A stretch of 64,000 nucleotides of DNA from Octopus sinensis (GCF_006345805.1 NC_043011.1:19604464-19668463); one strand, 5' to 3'. Shown: positions 1-11,229, numbered from the stretch's first letter. A program made the numbers and translations. The notes: generated from the letters alone by a model not told the origin.

Positions 1-27
1 ATGTATATATATATATATATATAGATA

Positions 28-63
<36 letters not shown>

Positions 64-90
64 CATATATACAAATATATAATATATAAG

Positions 91-139
<49 letters not shown>

Positions 140-295
140 CATATATACAATATATAAATATATAAGTATATATATATATATATATATATACATATATACA
201 AATATATAAATATATAAGTATATATAATATATATATATATATATAATATATATATATATATATAATATATATATATAATATATATATATATATGA
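1..295. repeat. Degenerate (AT)n microsatellite with recurring ~45-50 bp higher-order unit
   Basis: Direct reading; the motif catatatacaaatatataa(a)tatataagta recurs three times. Confidence 0.95.
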
Positions 296-799
296 ACACA
301 CATTCACGCACACATGCGTACACATACACACACATTTTTAACGTATTTATTTATTTACATGCATACATATACGGATGTTTTCAATTTAGCAGTATCTAAA
401 TTCCTCTAAATATATTCCAGGTTTCTTAGGCACATAAATATTAAATTTCTCTCATATGTGTCTATCGGGCTATACACATACTGCATGATTTAATATTTAC
501 ATGCCTAACAGTGAAATGCTGCACATTTGCGTATAAATCGTTTATTATGTTCGGGGCATTAGTAGAGCAAATAATTTACCGACAAAATTATCTGACAATA
601 TACGGACGAAGTTCTCGGTATGTTATAATGTTAATTCAGCCCTTAAAACGTAATCTTTTCTCATGACACATTGGATAATTTCATACATCGAGTTTATAAC
701 ATATAAATAAGGAAAATATGTATATAAAATAGGCTTTCATACACTGACATTTATATTGTGTATTTACAGTGTTCCCCACATACAGCATCACGTTCTTTG

Positions 800-1089
800 G
801 TGAAGGTGTGTAGCTTGCTGTTTAGGGAAAACAGTTCGCGATTGTAAGATTCTGAGTTCGAATCCTGTTCGTGTATTTTGTTTTTGAGAAAAACACTTTA
901 TTTCACGTTGCTCTCTAGTCCACTGAACTGGCAAAAATGAGTAGTGTCCGTATTTCAAAAGGTCCAGCCTCGTCACATTCTGTGATCTGCTGAATGCCAC
1001 TGAGAACGACATTAAGATTACAGGTCTCTGTGAATTGCTCAGCCAGTCGCACGTTAAATTAGAACCCACGTCATTCAAACCTACGGAGT
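800..1089 (+). mobile_element. Old, diverged copy of tRNA-derived SINE family A
   Basis: Aligns along its length with 9649-9964 (gagttcgaatcc B-box, acactttatttcacgttgctc, gctcagcca..gcacgttaa). Confidence 0.8.
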
Positions 1090-1507
1090 GATAGTGTATT
1101 AGTCCTTAGGCTCGTATTGCAGAAAAGGTTGCATGCATAAATATCAGCGTGCGGGAGGGTTTCTTGTATATACGTATATATGTGTGTGTGTGTGTATGTG
1201 TGTGTGTGTGTATGTGTGTGTGTGTGTATGTGTGTGTGTGTGTTTTTAACTTTTCTTTCTTCCAGTCATTAAACTGAAGCAATGGAAGAACAATGCCTTT
1301 AAATATGATAGTCAAACGCATTAATCTCCAGTATATACATTTTAAGCCATCTACTGTCGTTACGCTTCGCCGCATAGCCATGTTACGAAAAATTAAACAC
1401 ACCAACATCAATTGTGAGGTGGAGTTGTCGTGGAAGAAACACAGAAACAAACACACAAACACAAACACCCACACCACCCAAACATACACCCACACTGATA
1501 TATTCAA

Positions 1508-1622
1508 AGTCTGGTTAGCACGGGGCTATGTTAGAAGCTACTACTTACATTTGTCACGGACTGGGACTGAAACCAGAACCATGTTTTTGGAAAGCACGCT
1601 TCTTACCACACAGCGACGCCTA
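1508..1622 (-). mobile_element. 5' (tRNA-like head) fragment of SINE family D
   Basis: gggactgaaaccagaaccatgt...cttcttaccacacagc matches the head end of the 18195-18618 copy. Confidence 0.65.
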
Positions 1623-1626
1623 CATG

Positions 1627-1690
<64 letters not shown>

Positions 1691-2014
1691 GGGGGGGGGG
1701 AGTATGTGTGTGTGTGTGTGAAAATATAAGGGTAAATGATTATTAATTTTTTAAAAATCAACAATTATTACCGAGTAGTTTTCGCTATGGAAATAAAACC
1801 ATTATCGGTAGGAACCTTTACAAAAAGTTCTTTATGTATATGTATAAATAAATAGGGCAAGCAACAGGTTGCTTAGCCACATACCGAAAATTTAGAAATA
1901 GCAGTCAAAAACCGCTGATTTCCATTTTCCACAAATATAACTTCACATATAACATATACATGTAACTCACATATGTAAAAAGAAGGAAAAATAACGAAAA
2001 CAAAGTCTCGGTCA

Positions 2015-2073
2015 GTTACGGACGCGTTTCTGGGTTAGAATTATAAATATCTCCTTCCCATCCTCAGCACAAC
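2015..2073 (-). ncRNA. Type I hammerhead ribozyme motif (family B), near-canonical
   Basis: Minus strand: GTTGTG-CTGAGGA-TGGG..22 nt..CCCA-GAAA-CGCG-TC-CGTAAC. Stem I 6 bp with two G.U, stem II 4 bp, palindromic stem III, GUC triplet. Confidence 0.8.
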
Positions 2074-2243
2074 ATTCTATTAGGTTGTAGATTTGCAAAT
2101 GTTATTTATCTACCTCTTACAACCTGATCTCGCGCCACTGGAGATAGTAAGATATCGTCAACACAAGCCAAATCCATATAGATGAATGGATTCGTATTTT
2201 TCCTCCACAAATTATCATTTGCAATTCTATAATCTAATGGAAT

Positions 2244-2302
2244 GTTGCTCTGAGGACGGGAATGAGTTATTTATAATTCTAGCCCAGAAACGCGTTCGTA
2301 AC
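2244..2302 (+). ncRNA. Hammerhead motif (family B), degenerate copy in the opposite arm
   Basis: GTTGCT-CTGAGGA-CGGG..CCCA-GAAA-CGCG-TT-CGTAAC. Core intact; GUC changed to GUU and stems I/II damaged. Confidence 0.6.
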
Positions 2303-2480
2303 TGACCTAAGTATTACTTTTCGTTATTTTTCCTTCTTTTTACATATGTGAGTTACATGTATGTATTATATGTGAAGTTTTATTTGTAGAAACTGGAAAT
2401 AAGCGATTTTTTACTGCTATTTCTAAATTTTCGTTATGTGGCTAAGCAAGTTGTTGCTTAACCTATATATATATGTATAT

Positions 2481-2790
2481 ATCACCGTGATCACCGTGAC
2501 CGACCAGGCTATCAGATGCTGTTACACAACGCTGGTCACAATGCGCTTCGCATTGTTTTAGCCTTGAAATGACGCCACCCCGCTGGCTAAGCGAGCAGGC
2601 CAACAGAAGAAGTGAGAGAAAGTTGCGGCGAAAGAGTACAGCAGGGATCGCCACCACCCCCTGCCGGAGCCTCGTGGAGCTTTAGGTGTTTTCGCTCAAT
2701 AAACACTCACAACGCCCGGTCTGGGAATCGAAATCGTGATCCTTCGACCGCGAGTTCGCTGCCCTAACCACTAGGCCATTGCGCCTCCAC
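2481..2790 (-). mobile_element. tRNA-derived SINE, family B head with alternative 3' tail (B')
   Basis: Minus-strand head aggcgcaatggcctagtggttagggcagcg...tttcgattcccagacc; tail ends in cacggtgatcacggtgat. Homologous to 26995-27294. Confidence 0.9.
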
Positions 2791-3314
2791 TTAATATATA
2801 TATATATATATATACATACACACACACACATATAAATGTTTGTGTGAATGTGTGTGGATATGTGTCCGTGTGCGCGCGTGTGGCAGAGAAACGGGTTGAG
2901 GGAGGACTATATTGAACTAAACAATCCTCTACATAGTCAATAACTAATCGTATGTAGCTGATAAAAGGAGATTCGTGTCGGCTACAAGGCATTCATAATT
3001 TTAGGAAAATGAACCCGATATGCCTCTTAGGCAACTGTTGCACTCGAGTAACTCTTCCAGTTGTTTTGATTATTACGATTTGATTATCGCATTATTAGCA
3101 ATGTTCGTTGCTTTGAAATGAAATTGTATAGCACATGTCATCGTATGAGAATATTCTCTCAGACCCCGATATGGGACCAACTGTTTTTTAGTGTATTTAT
3201 TATTCATCAATTATTGAGTCATCTGTATTTCCTCTACTCTTGGTTTCTATGTCACCGACAAGGCAACTGCGTTTTACTAATTTCGTTCAACTTATCCTAC
3301 TGCATTATATATGC

Positions 3315-3347
<33 letters not shown>

Positions 3348-3361
3348 TGTATGTATGTATG

Positions 3362-3409
<48 letters not shown>

Positions 3410-3412
<3 letters not shown>

Positions 3413-4250
3413 CTTAGATAAGTTTCCACCTAAGATTGGTCCAGGCTATGTCTAACTTTATAGCACCACCTGATAGGATTATCTAAATCCTTTTTACGTC
3501 AAGATTTGTTTATGGTCCATTGAAGTAGTGAGTTCTTTTTGAGTGAGATGTATCCATGTATGTGTGGCTTATCCGGTATTCCTTGAAGAAATCTGTCCAG
3601 ACTCCGTTTAAAGGTGATGGGATCCTTTTCCTCTTTGATCTCTTTCGGGACAATGTTAAACAGTGCAGGGCCTGTTGAGGAGAAGAAATTGTGTCGCAGT
3701 TTACCTATCTGTTGTTATCCTGAATTGGACAGTGGACGTATAGCCCATGGTTCCAGCCTTGGATGAACCCTGAAACTAAAGTTGAGGTTGTTTAGACAGT
3801 GCTGGCGGTATATTCTCCAAATCTTACAAATGATGTACTGCTCGCGGCGCCGCTGGAGAGAGTAGAGTTTCATGGCTTTAAGGCGATCCCAATAATCGAG
3901 ATCAGTCATGCCTTCAATTCGTTTAGTGAGTGCCCTCTAGGGTGATTCAGTCCTCAAGATGTTTTGTTTTGTATCAGGAGAACACAACGGGCAGCGGTAT
4001 TCTAGATGTGGCCGTACAAAGGAGAAAGTGGATTGATGAAATGTTGTTCTCTGGACCGGAATGTTCTTAAGATCCAGGAGCTCATCCTACAAGCTATATC
4101 GACCTTAATGTGGATGTGGGTACTGAGATTGTTATCAACAATTATACCCAGGTCTCTAATATTCTTTGATGCCGTGAGTGGTTCCCCAGAAGGAAGATAG
4201 TATGGCTGTTTTAGTATAGACTTTCTTCCAAAATGCATCAGCTCAAATTT
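3410..4250 (-). mobile_element. 5'-truncated CR1-type LINE (C-terminal ORF2 plus 3' UTR), decayed
   Basis: Translations LKFELMHFGRK...IRDLGIIVDNNL...WILRTFRSRE and LDYWDRLKAMKLYSLQRRRE are typical of the CR1/L2-group ORF2 C-terminus; frameshifted. Confidence 0.85.
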
Positions 4251-6281
4251 TAAACATATATACATAAATACATATATACATACATACAGACTGAGAGGCA
4301 TACGTACATACAGGCGTACAGACAGACATGCAGCAGACATACATACAAACATACAGACATACATACAGACAGATAGATAGATAGATATAAATATACATAT
4401 ATATATATATCGAGAGAGTGTGTGTGTGTGAGTGAGTGAGTGAGTGAGAGAGTGAGAGCGACAATATATATGTGTGTGTGTGTTTAAATATATTCATATA
4501 TATATATATATATATATATGAGAGTGAAGTCCCACATTGCATGCATGCAGATAATCATTGAAGAAAATCACTACACATTCAACATGTCCTTCTTTTATGT
4601 TATACGTTGATTTTTCTTTTTACATATATACGATATTTTACAATTACGTCTTGCTTTTCGAAATTCTAACTAAATACAATGCGTTGCTAATCGACTCAGC
4701 TGGATGGACCGATATCATTCTTATACCAAATTTTGTCCATTTATTACTTCAGATTTTGGTTAGCTTAAATGTCATCGTCATGTAGTCAAAATTATGGTCG
4801 TTGCTATGTTACGTTATTTTCCTGATATTAAATATTTATACTATAAATATCACGTTTCAATCTTCCAGAATTAATGTTACGTTAAAATTTCATAGATATT
4901 GTCATTTGTATCATATTAAGAAAGACAGTACTTATTTAGTTACTTATATCTTGGTTGTTCAGTGTATAATTGTAAGATAGAGAGAAGATTAGATTGGTAT
5001 CACTCATAAAATTGATTCATGCAGTGCTGAGTATTTTGCGTTTACTAAGAATATTAAGCGTAAGATTACATGTTCAGTATTTATGTAAGCATACATAGAG
5101 GGAGTACTAAAATTAACTATCTATTTCCGTTAAATCGGACATTAAAAAAAAACTCATGTTATTCATGTTTATCATATTTAATATGTGTTAAAATTGTTCC
5201 GAAACGTATTAGAAATAAAAATTGTAACTGGTAGAAAATAACTTTAGATTTTTAATGTATCAAACCTTCGAACGCGATTCACGAGATATAAATTCTAAGG
5301 AGCTGAATTATCTGATCAAGTAACGCAGCGAAGAGCAGAAACGCTGCAATATGTAATAAAAATTTTCAAGATATTTTGTAGCAAATATGTTATGAAAATC
5401 TCATTACGGACATAACCTCAAAAGTTTGACACGAAGATGAGTTGATATCACACACTTCATGGAAACAAGTTTTCTTCTAATGCTATAATCTAAAGGTTTT
5501 AATATCCCCATACGAGCTGCATGAGATAGTATGCAGACGTGTACTTAAAATTCTTTGGAAACATGTGAGAATTGCAAATATCCTGAAAATATTCTTAATG
5601 CCAGAAATATTTCAATGCATTACATCAGATGACAGCTTTTATTTTACACGTTACATCGTCAGTAAAATGTGAATGATCTCATATACATATTTTCTGCAAT
5701 GTATTCAATTAATCCCGGTTTGGCTTCCATTGTTAGGGTTCAATTTCGTATTAAGGTAAAACGCCTGAAGTAGTTTGCGAAAAAATATGGGAAGGTTTCA
5801 ATGTGCGAGAAGAAAAAAGCACCTCAATGGTCTCCCTTGAACAAGCATGCAATAACATTGATTTTACCTGATGTAGCCATTAGTAAATCCCAGTTGGGTT
5901 TCCCTGAATATTCTCTTGATAAACAACAGAGTGAAAACATTGTTTAAAGCTTCAGCTCTTTGACAATTCAATTAAGGCAAGCCATCCACATATCAGCAGC
6001 GAATGTGTTATGAATAAAATCCCTTCCTTGATTTAGCAATGTTAATTCATTTCACGATTTCTAAGGAAGGGTGTTATATAAAAGATTATAATAGTCTTTA
6101 CAGAGGAGAGGCGCTAGACAGTGATAAGTAAACTTGAAAAGTTATTATCAACCTGAATATGCTTGGAGAATGTTCGAACTGGGTAAAAGCTACTCACTGA
6201 GTTTTGTCACGGGAAATATGTCCCATTTGTTGACGAATGGTGTGTATACATGTAGGTTAGCTCGCAGCGCCACCTACCCAG

Positions 6282-6329
6282 TTATGAGATGCTAGCATGC
6301 CGGAGTAGTAATCTTCTCTTCGGTCACAA
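6282..6329 (-). ncRNA. Degenerate hammerhead with CCGAAGA core (GAAA mutated to GGCA)
   Basis: TTGTGA-CCGAAGA-GAAG..CTCC-GGCA-TGCTAGCA-TC-TCATAA; palindromic stem III, AUC triplet. Confidence 0.5.
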
Positions 6330-6599
6330 ACACAATGCAGGCGGCGCTATGAGCTGATCGAAGGGATTTATTCTTTTATGCATTTCCAGTTACCAAACGG
6401 CGATTGGCAGTGCTGTACGCCGGCTCGCCGTAATTAAATTGCAGAGGGGGAGCGCTAAGCAGTGAGAAGTAAAATTGAAGAGATTGTAATTTACTGAAGG
6501 TGAACCGCCGTATAGTGCTATCAGTCGCCGTATGGTGACTGGAAAAGAAATCAGAGAGTCAATCTCTTCAGTCATCTCGTAATGCCGCCTGCCTACTAT

Positions 6600-6647
6600 C
6601 TGTGACCGAAGAAAAGATACCTCCTCCGAAATTCTGGCATTTCACAG
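6600..6647 (+). ncRNA. Hammerhead-like motif with CCGAAGA core
   Basis: CTGTGA-CCGAAGA-aaagatacctcctcc-GAAA-ttctggca-TT-TCACAG; perfect 6 bp stem I, stems II/III decayed relative to the left arm. Confidence 0.55.
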
Positions 6648-6929
6648 TCTGGGTAGGTGGCCCTACGAGCTGCTCTAGTTGTATACACACCATTTGTCAA
6701 CAAACGGGATATAGTTTCCACGACAAAACGCAGTGAGTAGCTTATTGCCCTGTTCGAACATGCCCCAAGCATATTCGGACTCTTAATATCATTACAATGT
6801 GATAGCATGATACTGAACTGAATGTTATGGGGGTTATTAAGTTAGAGATATGTTTATTTGAATATTACTAGTTTTAATATATAAGATATAATAAAGCAGA
6901 AATTTTCCAATGATAAACATCATTAAAGG

Positions 6930-7290
6930 AAGATTATATTATATGCAAGTATATCTACAACAAAAATATTTGTTTAGTTAAGAGAAGTGGAACAATTTAT
7001 AGAGATATAATACTACTAGTGCTAACATGGGACCTACAACGGAGCGTATTAGAGCACATGAACAACAATTAAAATTTTTTTTAATATTTCATAGGTAGCA
7101 CAAAAATTCTTCCTACGCATTTGGACTCAAAGAAAAGATTTATAATGAAAATTGGCAGGGCGTCCATGACCATGGATCTAACAACAATAAGGAAAGTTGA
7201 AAGAGGAAAACATTTTATCTTTTATGAATAAAAGAATAAGAATTGGAATCTAAACAGGAAGTCATGGATACCACATTATGAACAAAATGA
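6930..7290 (+). mobile_element. Possible highly decayed PLE GIY-YIG endonuclease remnant
   Basis: Fragments translate to ERIRAHEQQ, SSYAFGLKEKIYNENWQ and MNKRIRI, resembling the PLE EN C-terminal pattern (LSxYVWxLKEKxIxYNIxW ... LNKRSE). Confidence 0.35.
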
Positions 7291-8059
7291 ATAGAAGCGG
7301 TTTTCAATTACTGAATTAAAATCTTGTATTTCACATAATTTATAAAAAGTAAACGATATCAGTAATACACACCAAGCTCAAAGATGTGTATGTATGTGCA
7401 TGGGCGTGCATGTGTGTGTGTGACTTTGTGTGTGGGTGTACATATATACACACAATAGCATGCATATTTTGGAGAGAAATATATATATTTTAACACTATT
7501 GAATATTACCCACTAAACAGGATGATACTAATAGAAAACTGTTTCAATGAATTTTTTTCCTTTGAATTTTCTGAATTATTCGATAGCACTATTGCAATTA
7601 AAATGAGTGACAACACCTACATAAATGAAACGATAATAATTTCAAAATATATCCATCGCAAATTTGTTTTGATAAATCACCACTTAAATTGTGTTCAGAA
7701 ATTCTAAAGAATCCAGTCTATATTTCATAATCAATGTTTCCCTTGACTAACCTTCTCGTGTTTCTGATATTTAATATCATTCTGCAACAGGTTTCATTTA
7801 AAAAATATTACAGTGGATTCGTGCTACTCCCAAAAAAGTCAATGGTGGAGGAGCACATACGAAGCTTGAAACTCTCTGTCGATTTATCTAAACATACTTT
7901 AAAAGGAGGAACAAATTGCCGGTGACCATTTCTATACATTACATGCTTCGAGGATCACACTCACCACATCGATAATTTATTTAACAGTTATTTGCAGCAT
8001 ATTACCATGACCTACACATGTTTCCACTGCAGCTAATGTACTCTGTTGCAGTGGAGTAT

Positions 8060-8340
8060 AAATAGAGAATTCCCCAAAATAAGAGATGGTTTATATAGGA
8101 ATATTTAACGCCGTCAACCTATAGGAAGAAATTGTTGAAGTTTTGGAGGAACATAGGTCTTTCTGTACCGATAGAAGAGGAACATAACTCAGTAAACTTT
8201 CTAGACGTTATGCTAGATCTAAGTACAGAAATATACAAGTCACATAAAGAGCCAAATAAAAACCTTAGTTGCATACACAAGAATTATAATCACCTTAAAT
8301 GCATAAACCAATCAATGTGGAGCACATATCTACCGGTATT
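8060..8340 (+). mobile_element. Penelope-like RT fragment (motif C to thumb), decayed
   Basis: GLYRNI (from GLYRDD) followed by IEEEHNSVNFLDVMLDLSTEIYKSHKEPN...IHKNYNH, matching the PLE pattern NFLDVTLDL..YKPYxKPN..YIxxxSNHP. Confidence 0.75.
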
Positions 8341-8362
8341 TCAAATATATATATATATATAT

Positions 8363-9113
8363 ATTTAATGTGGGATAACATTTTTTTCGAAAAACATTTT
8401 ATCAATGGCCAGCATATTAAAAAATACATTTAACGATTAAATTTATAAACAACTTATAAATAAGGGCAAACGAAAAAAATTCTAATGCCAAATATGCCGA
8501 AATTAGACCCATTGTCCATAACCATTGTAATTTTTCACAACACACACGCTACTCGAAAAAGGTCTACAGAAATTTCTTAAAAATTCCATTATTACCATAT
8601 GGGACCGATTTCAGAGTTAGTTCATAAGAACCCTCCCTTCGTCAGTGATAAATGTGGCAAAAAAATAAATGAGATACTTACTCATACCCATGGAAGATGC
8701 AAACGCTAAGACATGAGCACAATTAAGTACCCCAAATACATCTAGAATATAAATTCAACAGCCAATTCGAGACACATGAGATTTTAAATGAAGCTCTCAC
8801 AGAGTGAAAGAGTCCAGAAGTGAACACTATTAATATTTAATGTAGGATAAAAATTTTATCGAAAACATTTTTTATCAAGGCCAGCATATTAAAAAGTACC
8901 ATTAAAGGTTAAATTTATAAACAACTTATAAATAAGGGCAAACGAAAAAGTTCTAATGACAAATATGCCGAAATTAGACACATTGTCCATAACCATTATA
9001 ATTTTTCACAATACGCACGCTATTCGTGATAAATTATAATGGTTATGGACAATGTGTCTAATTTCGGCATATTTGGTATTAGAAATTTTTTCGTTTGCCC
9101 TTATTTATAAGTT
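8363..9113. mobile_element. Pseudo-LTR-like array: 472 bp monomer, partial second copy, then fold-back (arms 8923-9003 / 9031-9113)
   Basis: Direct repeat 8363-~8560 vs 8835-~9025; near-perfect ~80 bp inverted terminal arm; flanked by (TA)n. Confidence 0.85.
8592..8660 (-). ncRNA. Degenerate hammerhead in the 472 bp monomer
   Basis: CTGACGA-AGGG..(GTTC/GAAC hairpin)..CTCT-GAAA-TCGG-TC-ccatatggtaa. Core and GUC intact, stem III from CCGG, proximal stem I disrupted (only distal ttgcca/tggtaa pairs). Confidence 0.55.
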
Positions 9114-9130
9114 ATATATATATATATTGG

Positions 9131-9527
9131 AAGTGCGGAGATGGTAGATGTGGGATCTACAGCAACCCCACCTACAAATACATAGAGGGAAACAGAGATG
9201 AGATTTAAAAATGGTGACATATTCAAAGTAAATGCAGATATGAACTGCAAGACGCAGAACGTTATATACTGCATAATCTGCCCCACGTGCAAGGAGAATT
9301 ACGTAGGTGAAACTGGTAATTCTTTGTGCCAGTGAGCCAGGCTTCACGGACAACATATTCGGCAGGAAGAACTACGCAAAATACCACTAAGTACACACCT
9401 AGCTACATGTGGAGAAGGACAATTTAAGATCTTTCCCTCCTACAAATGTCCGAAGAACGACACCTATTTCAGGAGAAATATGGGAAAATATTTGATAGCT
9501 AAGTTCTCCCCTAAATTAAATGGCTGA
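9131..9527 (+). mobile_element. Penelope-like 3' end: Cys-rich linker plus GIY-YIG endonuclease pseudo-ORF
   Basis: KCGDGRCG...(frameshift)MRFKNGDIFKVNADMNCKTQNVIYCIICPTCKENYVGETGNSLCQ*ARLH...THL...LIAKFSPKLNG*; one in-frame stop at 9333. Confidence 0.9.
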
Positions 9528-9606
9528 AACTTTACCCATCATACATTGAAGTACAAATCTTTCGTTTTACAATATGATATAGTAGAAAATTTAATATATG
9601 TATATA

Positions 9607-9648
<42 letters not shown>

Positions 9649-9651
<3 letters not shown>

Positions 9652-9964
9652 AAGGCGCGTGGCTTAGTGGTTAGGGCATTCGGCTCATGATCGTAAGGTT
9701 GTGAGTTCGATTCCCGGCGGCGCGTTGTGTCCTGAGCAAGACACTTTATTTCACGTTGCTCCAGTCCACTCAGCTGGCAAAAATGAGTTGTACTTGTATT
9801 TCAAAGGGTCAGCCTTGTCACTCTCTGTGTCACGCTGATTATCCCGAAACTACGTTAAGGGTACACGTGTCTGTGGAATGCTCAGCCATTTGCACGTTAA
9901 TTTCACGAGCAAGCTGTTCCGTGATCGTATCAGCTGGGACCCTCGTCGTCGTAACCGGCGGAGT
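9649..9964 (+). mobile_element. tRNA-derived SINE family A, full length
   Basis: A-box tggcttagtgg, B-box gagttcgattcc; 3' tail ccctcgtcgtcgtaaccggcggagt shared with family B. Confidence 0.92.
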
Positions 9965-10257
9965 CTTCTTTATATATATATATATATATATTTTACAATT
10001 AAGGACAACTACTTAATAAGGAAAACTTAACAAGAAATTGTCAGGTAGATAGCGTAAAAACCTCATAAGAGAAAAAATTTCGAAAATAATTATTCTTATT
10101 GAACATATTAATTTATATATAGAGGGATAATTATACATACATGCCAGGAGGCATTATATATACTGCCAAACGCTAAGAGGGACAATCAGTCATTTCTACC
10201 AAAAAATTACTAATCCCACCGAATGCAATTTTCAAAGTAAGACATTTAAAAATATAT

Positions 10258-10304
10258 AGGCCTGTATCACAGTGATTTCATACTACGTAATCATCAGCAG
10301 GCCT
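10258..10304 (-). ncRNA. Type I minimal hammerhead ribozyme (family A)
   Basis: AGGCCTG-CTGATGA-ttacgtagtat-GAAA-TCACtGTGA-TA-CAGGCCT; loop II is 1 nt shorter than in the other three copies. Confidence 0.85.
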
Positions 10305-10994
10305 GAATGTATTATAAATAAACAACGACCTTGCCTCGCTTAAGCCGAACAGCTAACTGATCAACATCAACGAAGCACATGGGTGAGTTTATATATATTA
10401 CATCCGGGTGAATGGCAAACTTTTACAAAATTGCATTTCGGGAGAGGAAAAGTTTTTTCGGAATAAAAATTTTACAATTAAGGACAACTACTTAATAAGG
10501 AAAACTTAACAAGAAATTGTCAGGTAGATAGCGTAAAAACCTCATAAGAGAAAAAATTTCGAAAATAATTATTCTTATTGAACATATTAATTTATATATA
10601 GAGGGCATAATTATACATACATGCCAGGAGGCATTATATATACCTGCCAAACGCTAAGAGGGACAATCAGTCATTTCTACCAAATATTACTAATCCCATA
10701 ATAATTATTTTTATTACTAATCCATAAATAATTATTTTCGAAATTTTTTCTCTTATGAGGTTTTTACGCTATCTACCTGACAATTTCTTGCTAAGTTTTC
10801 CTTATTAAGTAGTTGTCCTTAATTGTAAAATTTTTATTCCGAAAAAACTTTTCCTCTCCCGAAATGCATTTTGTAAAAGTTTGCCATTCACCCGGATGTA
10901 ATATATATAAACTCACCCATGTGCTTCGTTGATGTTGATCAGTTAGCTGTTCGGCTTAAGCGAGGCAAGGTCGTTGTTTATTTATAATACATTC

Positions 10995-11042
10995 AGGCCT
11001 GCTGATGATTACGTAAGTATGAAATCACTGTGATACAGGCCT
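10995..11042 (+). ncRNA. Type I minimal hammerhead ribozyme (family A), intact
   Basis: AGGCCTG-CTGATGA-T-TAC-GTAA-GTA-T-GAAA-TCAC-T-GTGA-TA-CAGGCCT. 7 bp stem I, GNRA-capped stem II, 1-nt-loop stem III, predicted cut after A11035 (AUA). Confidence 0.92.
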
Positions 11043-11185
11043 ATATATTTTTAAATGTCTTACTTTGAAAAATTGCATTCGGTGGATTAGTAATATTTTG
11101 GTAGAAATGACTGATTGTCCCTCTTAGCGTTTGGCAGGTATATATAATGCCTCCTGGCATGTATGTATAATTATGCCCTCTATAT

Positions 11186-11229
<44 letters not shown>

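Larger units (their letters stand above)
1722..2460. mobile_element. Fold-back non-coding element (family B): ~135 bp leader, inverted arms 1859-2082 / 2235-2460, hammerhead in each arm
   Basis: Arms are reverse complements with scattered mismatches. Leader and the arm motif ccacataccgaa(a)atttagaaatagcagtcaaa are shared with 48961-49310. Confidence 0.85.
6152..6779. mobile_element. Old GC-richer fold-back element, ~280 bp imperfect inverted arms, hammerhead-like motif in each arm
   Basis: Left cctgaatatgcttggagaatgttcgaactgggtaaaagctactcactgagttttgtc...tacgccggctc is the reverse complement of the right arm at roughly 75-80% identity (by eye); spacer about 6430-6500. Confidence 0.85.
9991..11193. 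mobile_element. Hammerhead-bearing fold-back element (family A, copy 1): ~480 bp monomer, partial tandem copy, inverted full permuted monomer, in (TA)n
   Basis: Direct repeat period 479 (ttttacaattaagg at 9991 and 10470); ~10727-11193 is the reverse complement of ~10110-10572; no ORF. Confidence 0.95.

Noticed and set aside
473-537. Possible decayed hammerhead (CTGCATGA...GAAA-TGCTGCA-CA) near an atgtgtctatcg motif shared with the 19 kb element
   Set aside because: Core has an insertion, no UH triplet, and stem II is unpaired; too degenerate to call.
5800-6060. Non-repetitive block with a minus-strand CAG|GTAAAA and TAATTG motifs (exon or conserved element?)
   Set aside because: No recognisable protein similarity; conservation cannot be assessed from one sequence.
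9649-9720. tRNA-like A/B boxes here and at 14575-14646, 15540-15610, 26995-27065, 40025-40097
   Set aside because: These are SINE heads continuing into SINE bodies, not tRNA genes.
9991-11193. MITE or Foldback DNA-transposon interpretation of the long palindromes
   Set aside because: Turn points and ends differ between copies, arms are circular permutations of a tandem monomer, and there is no fixed TIR or TSD.
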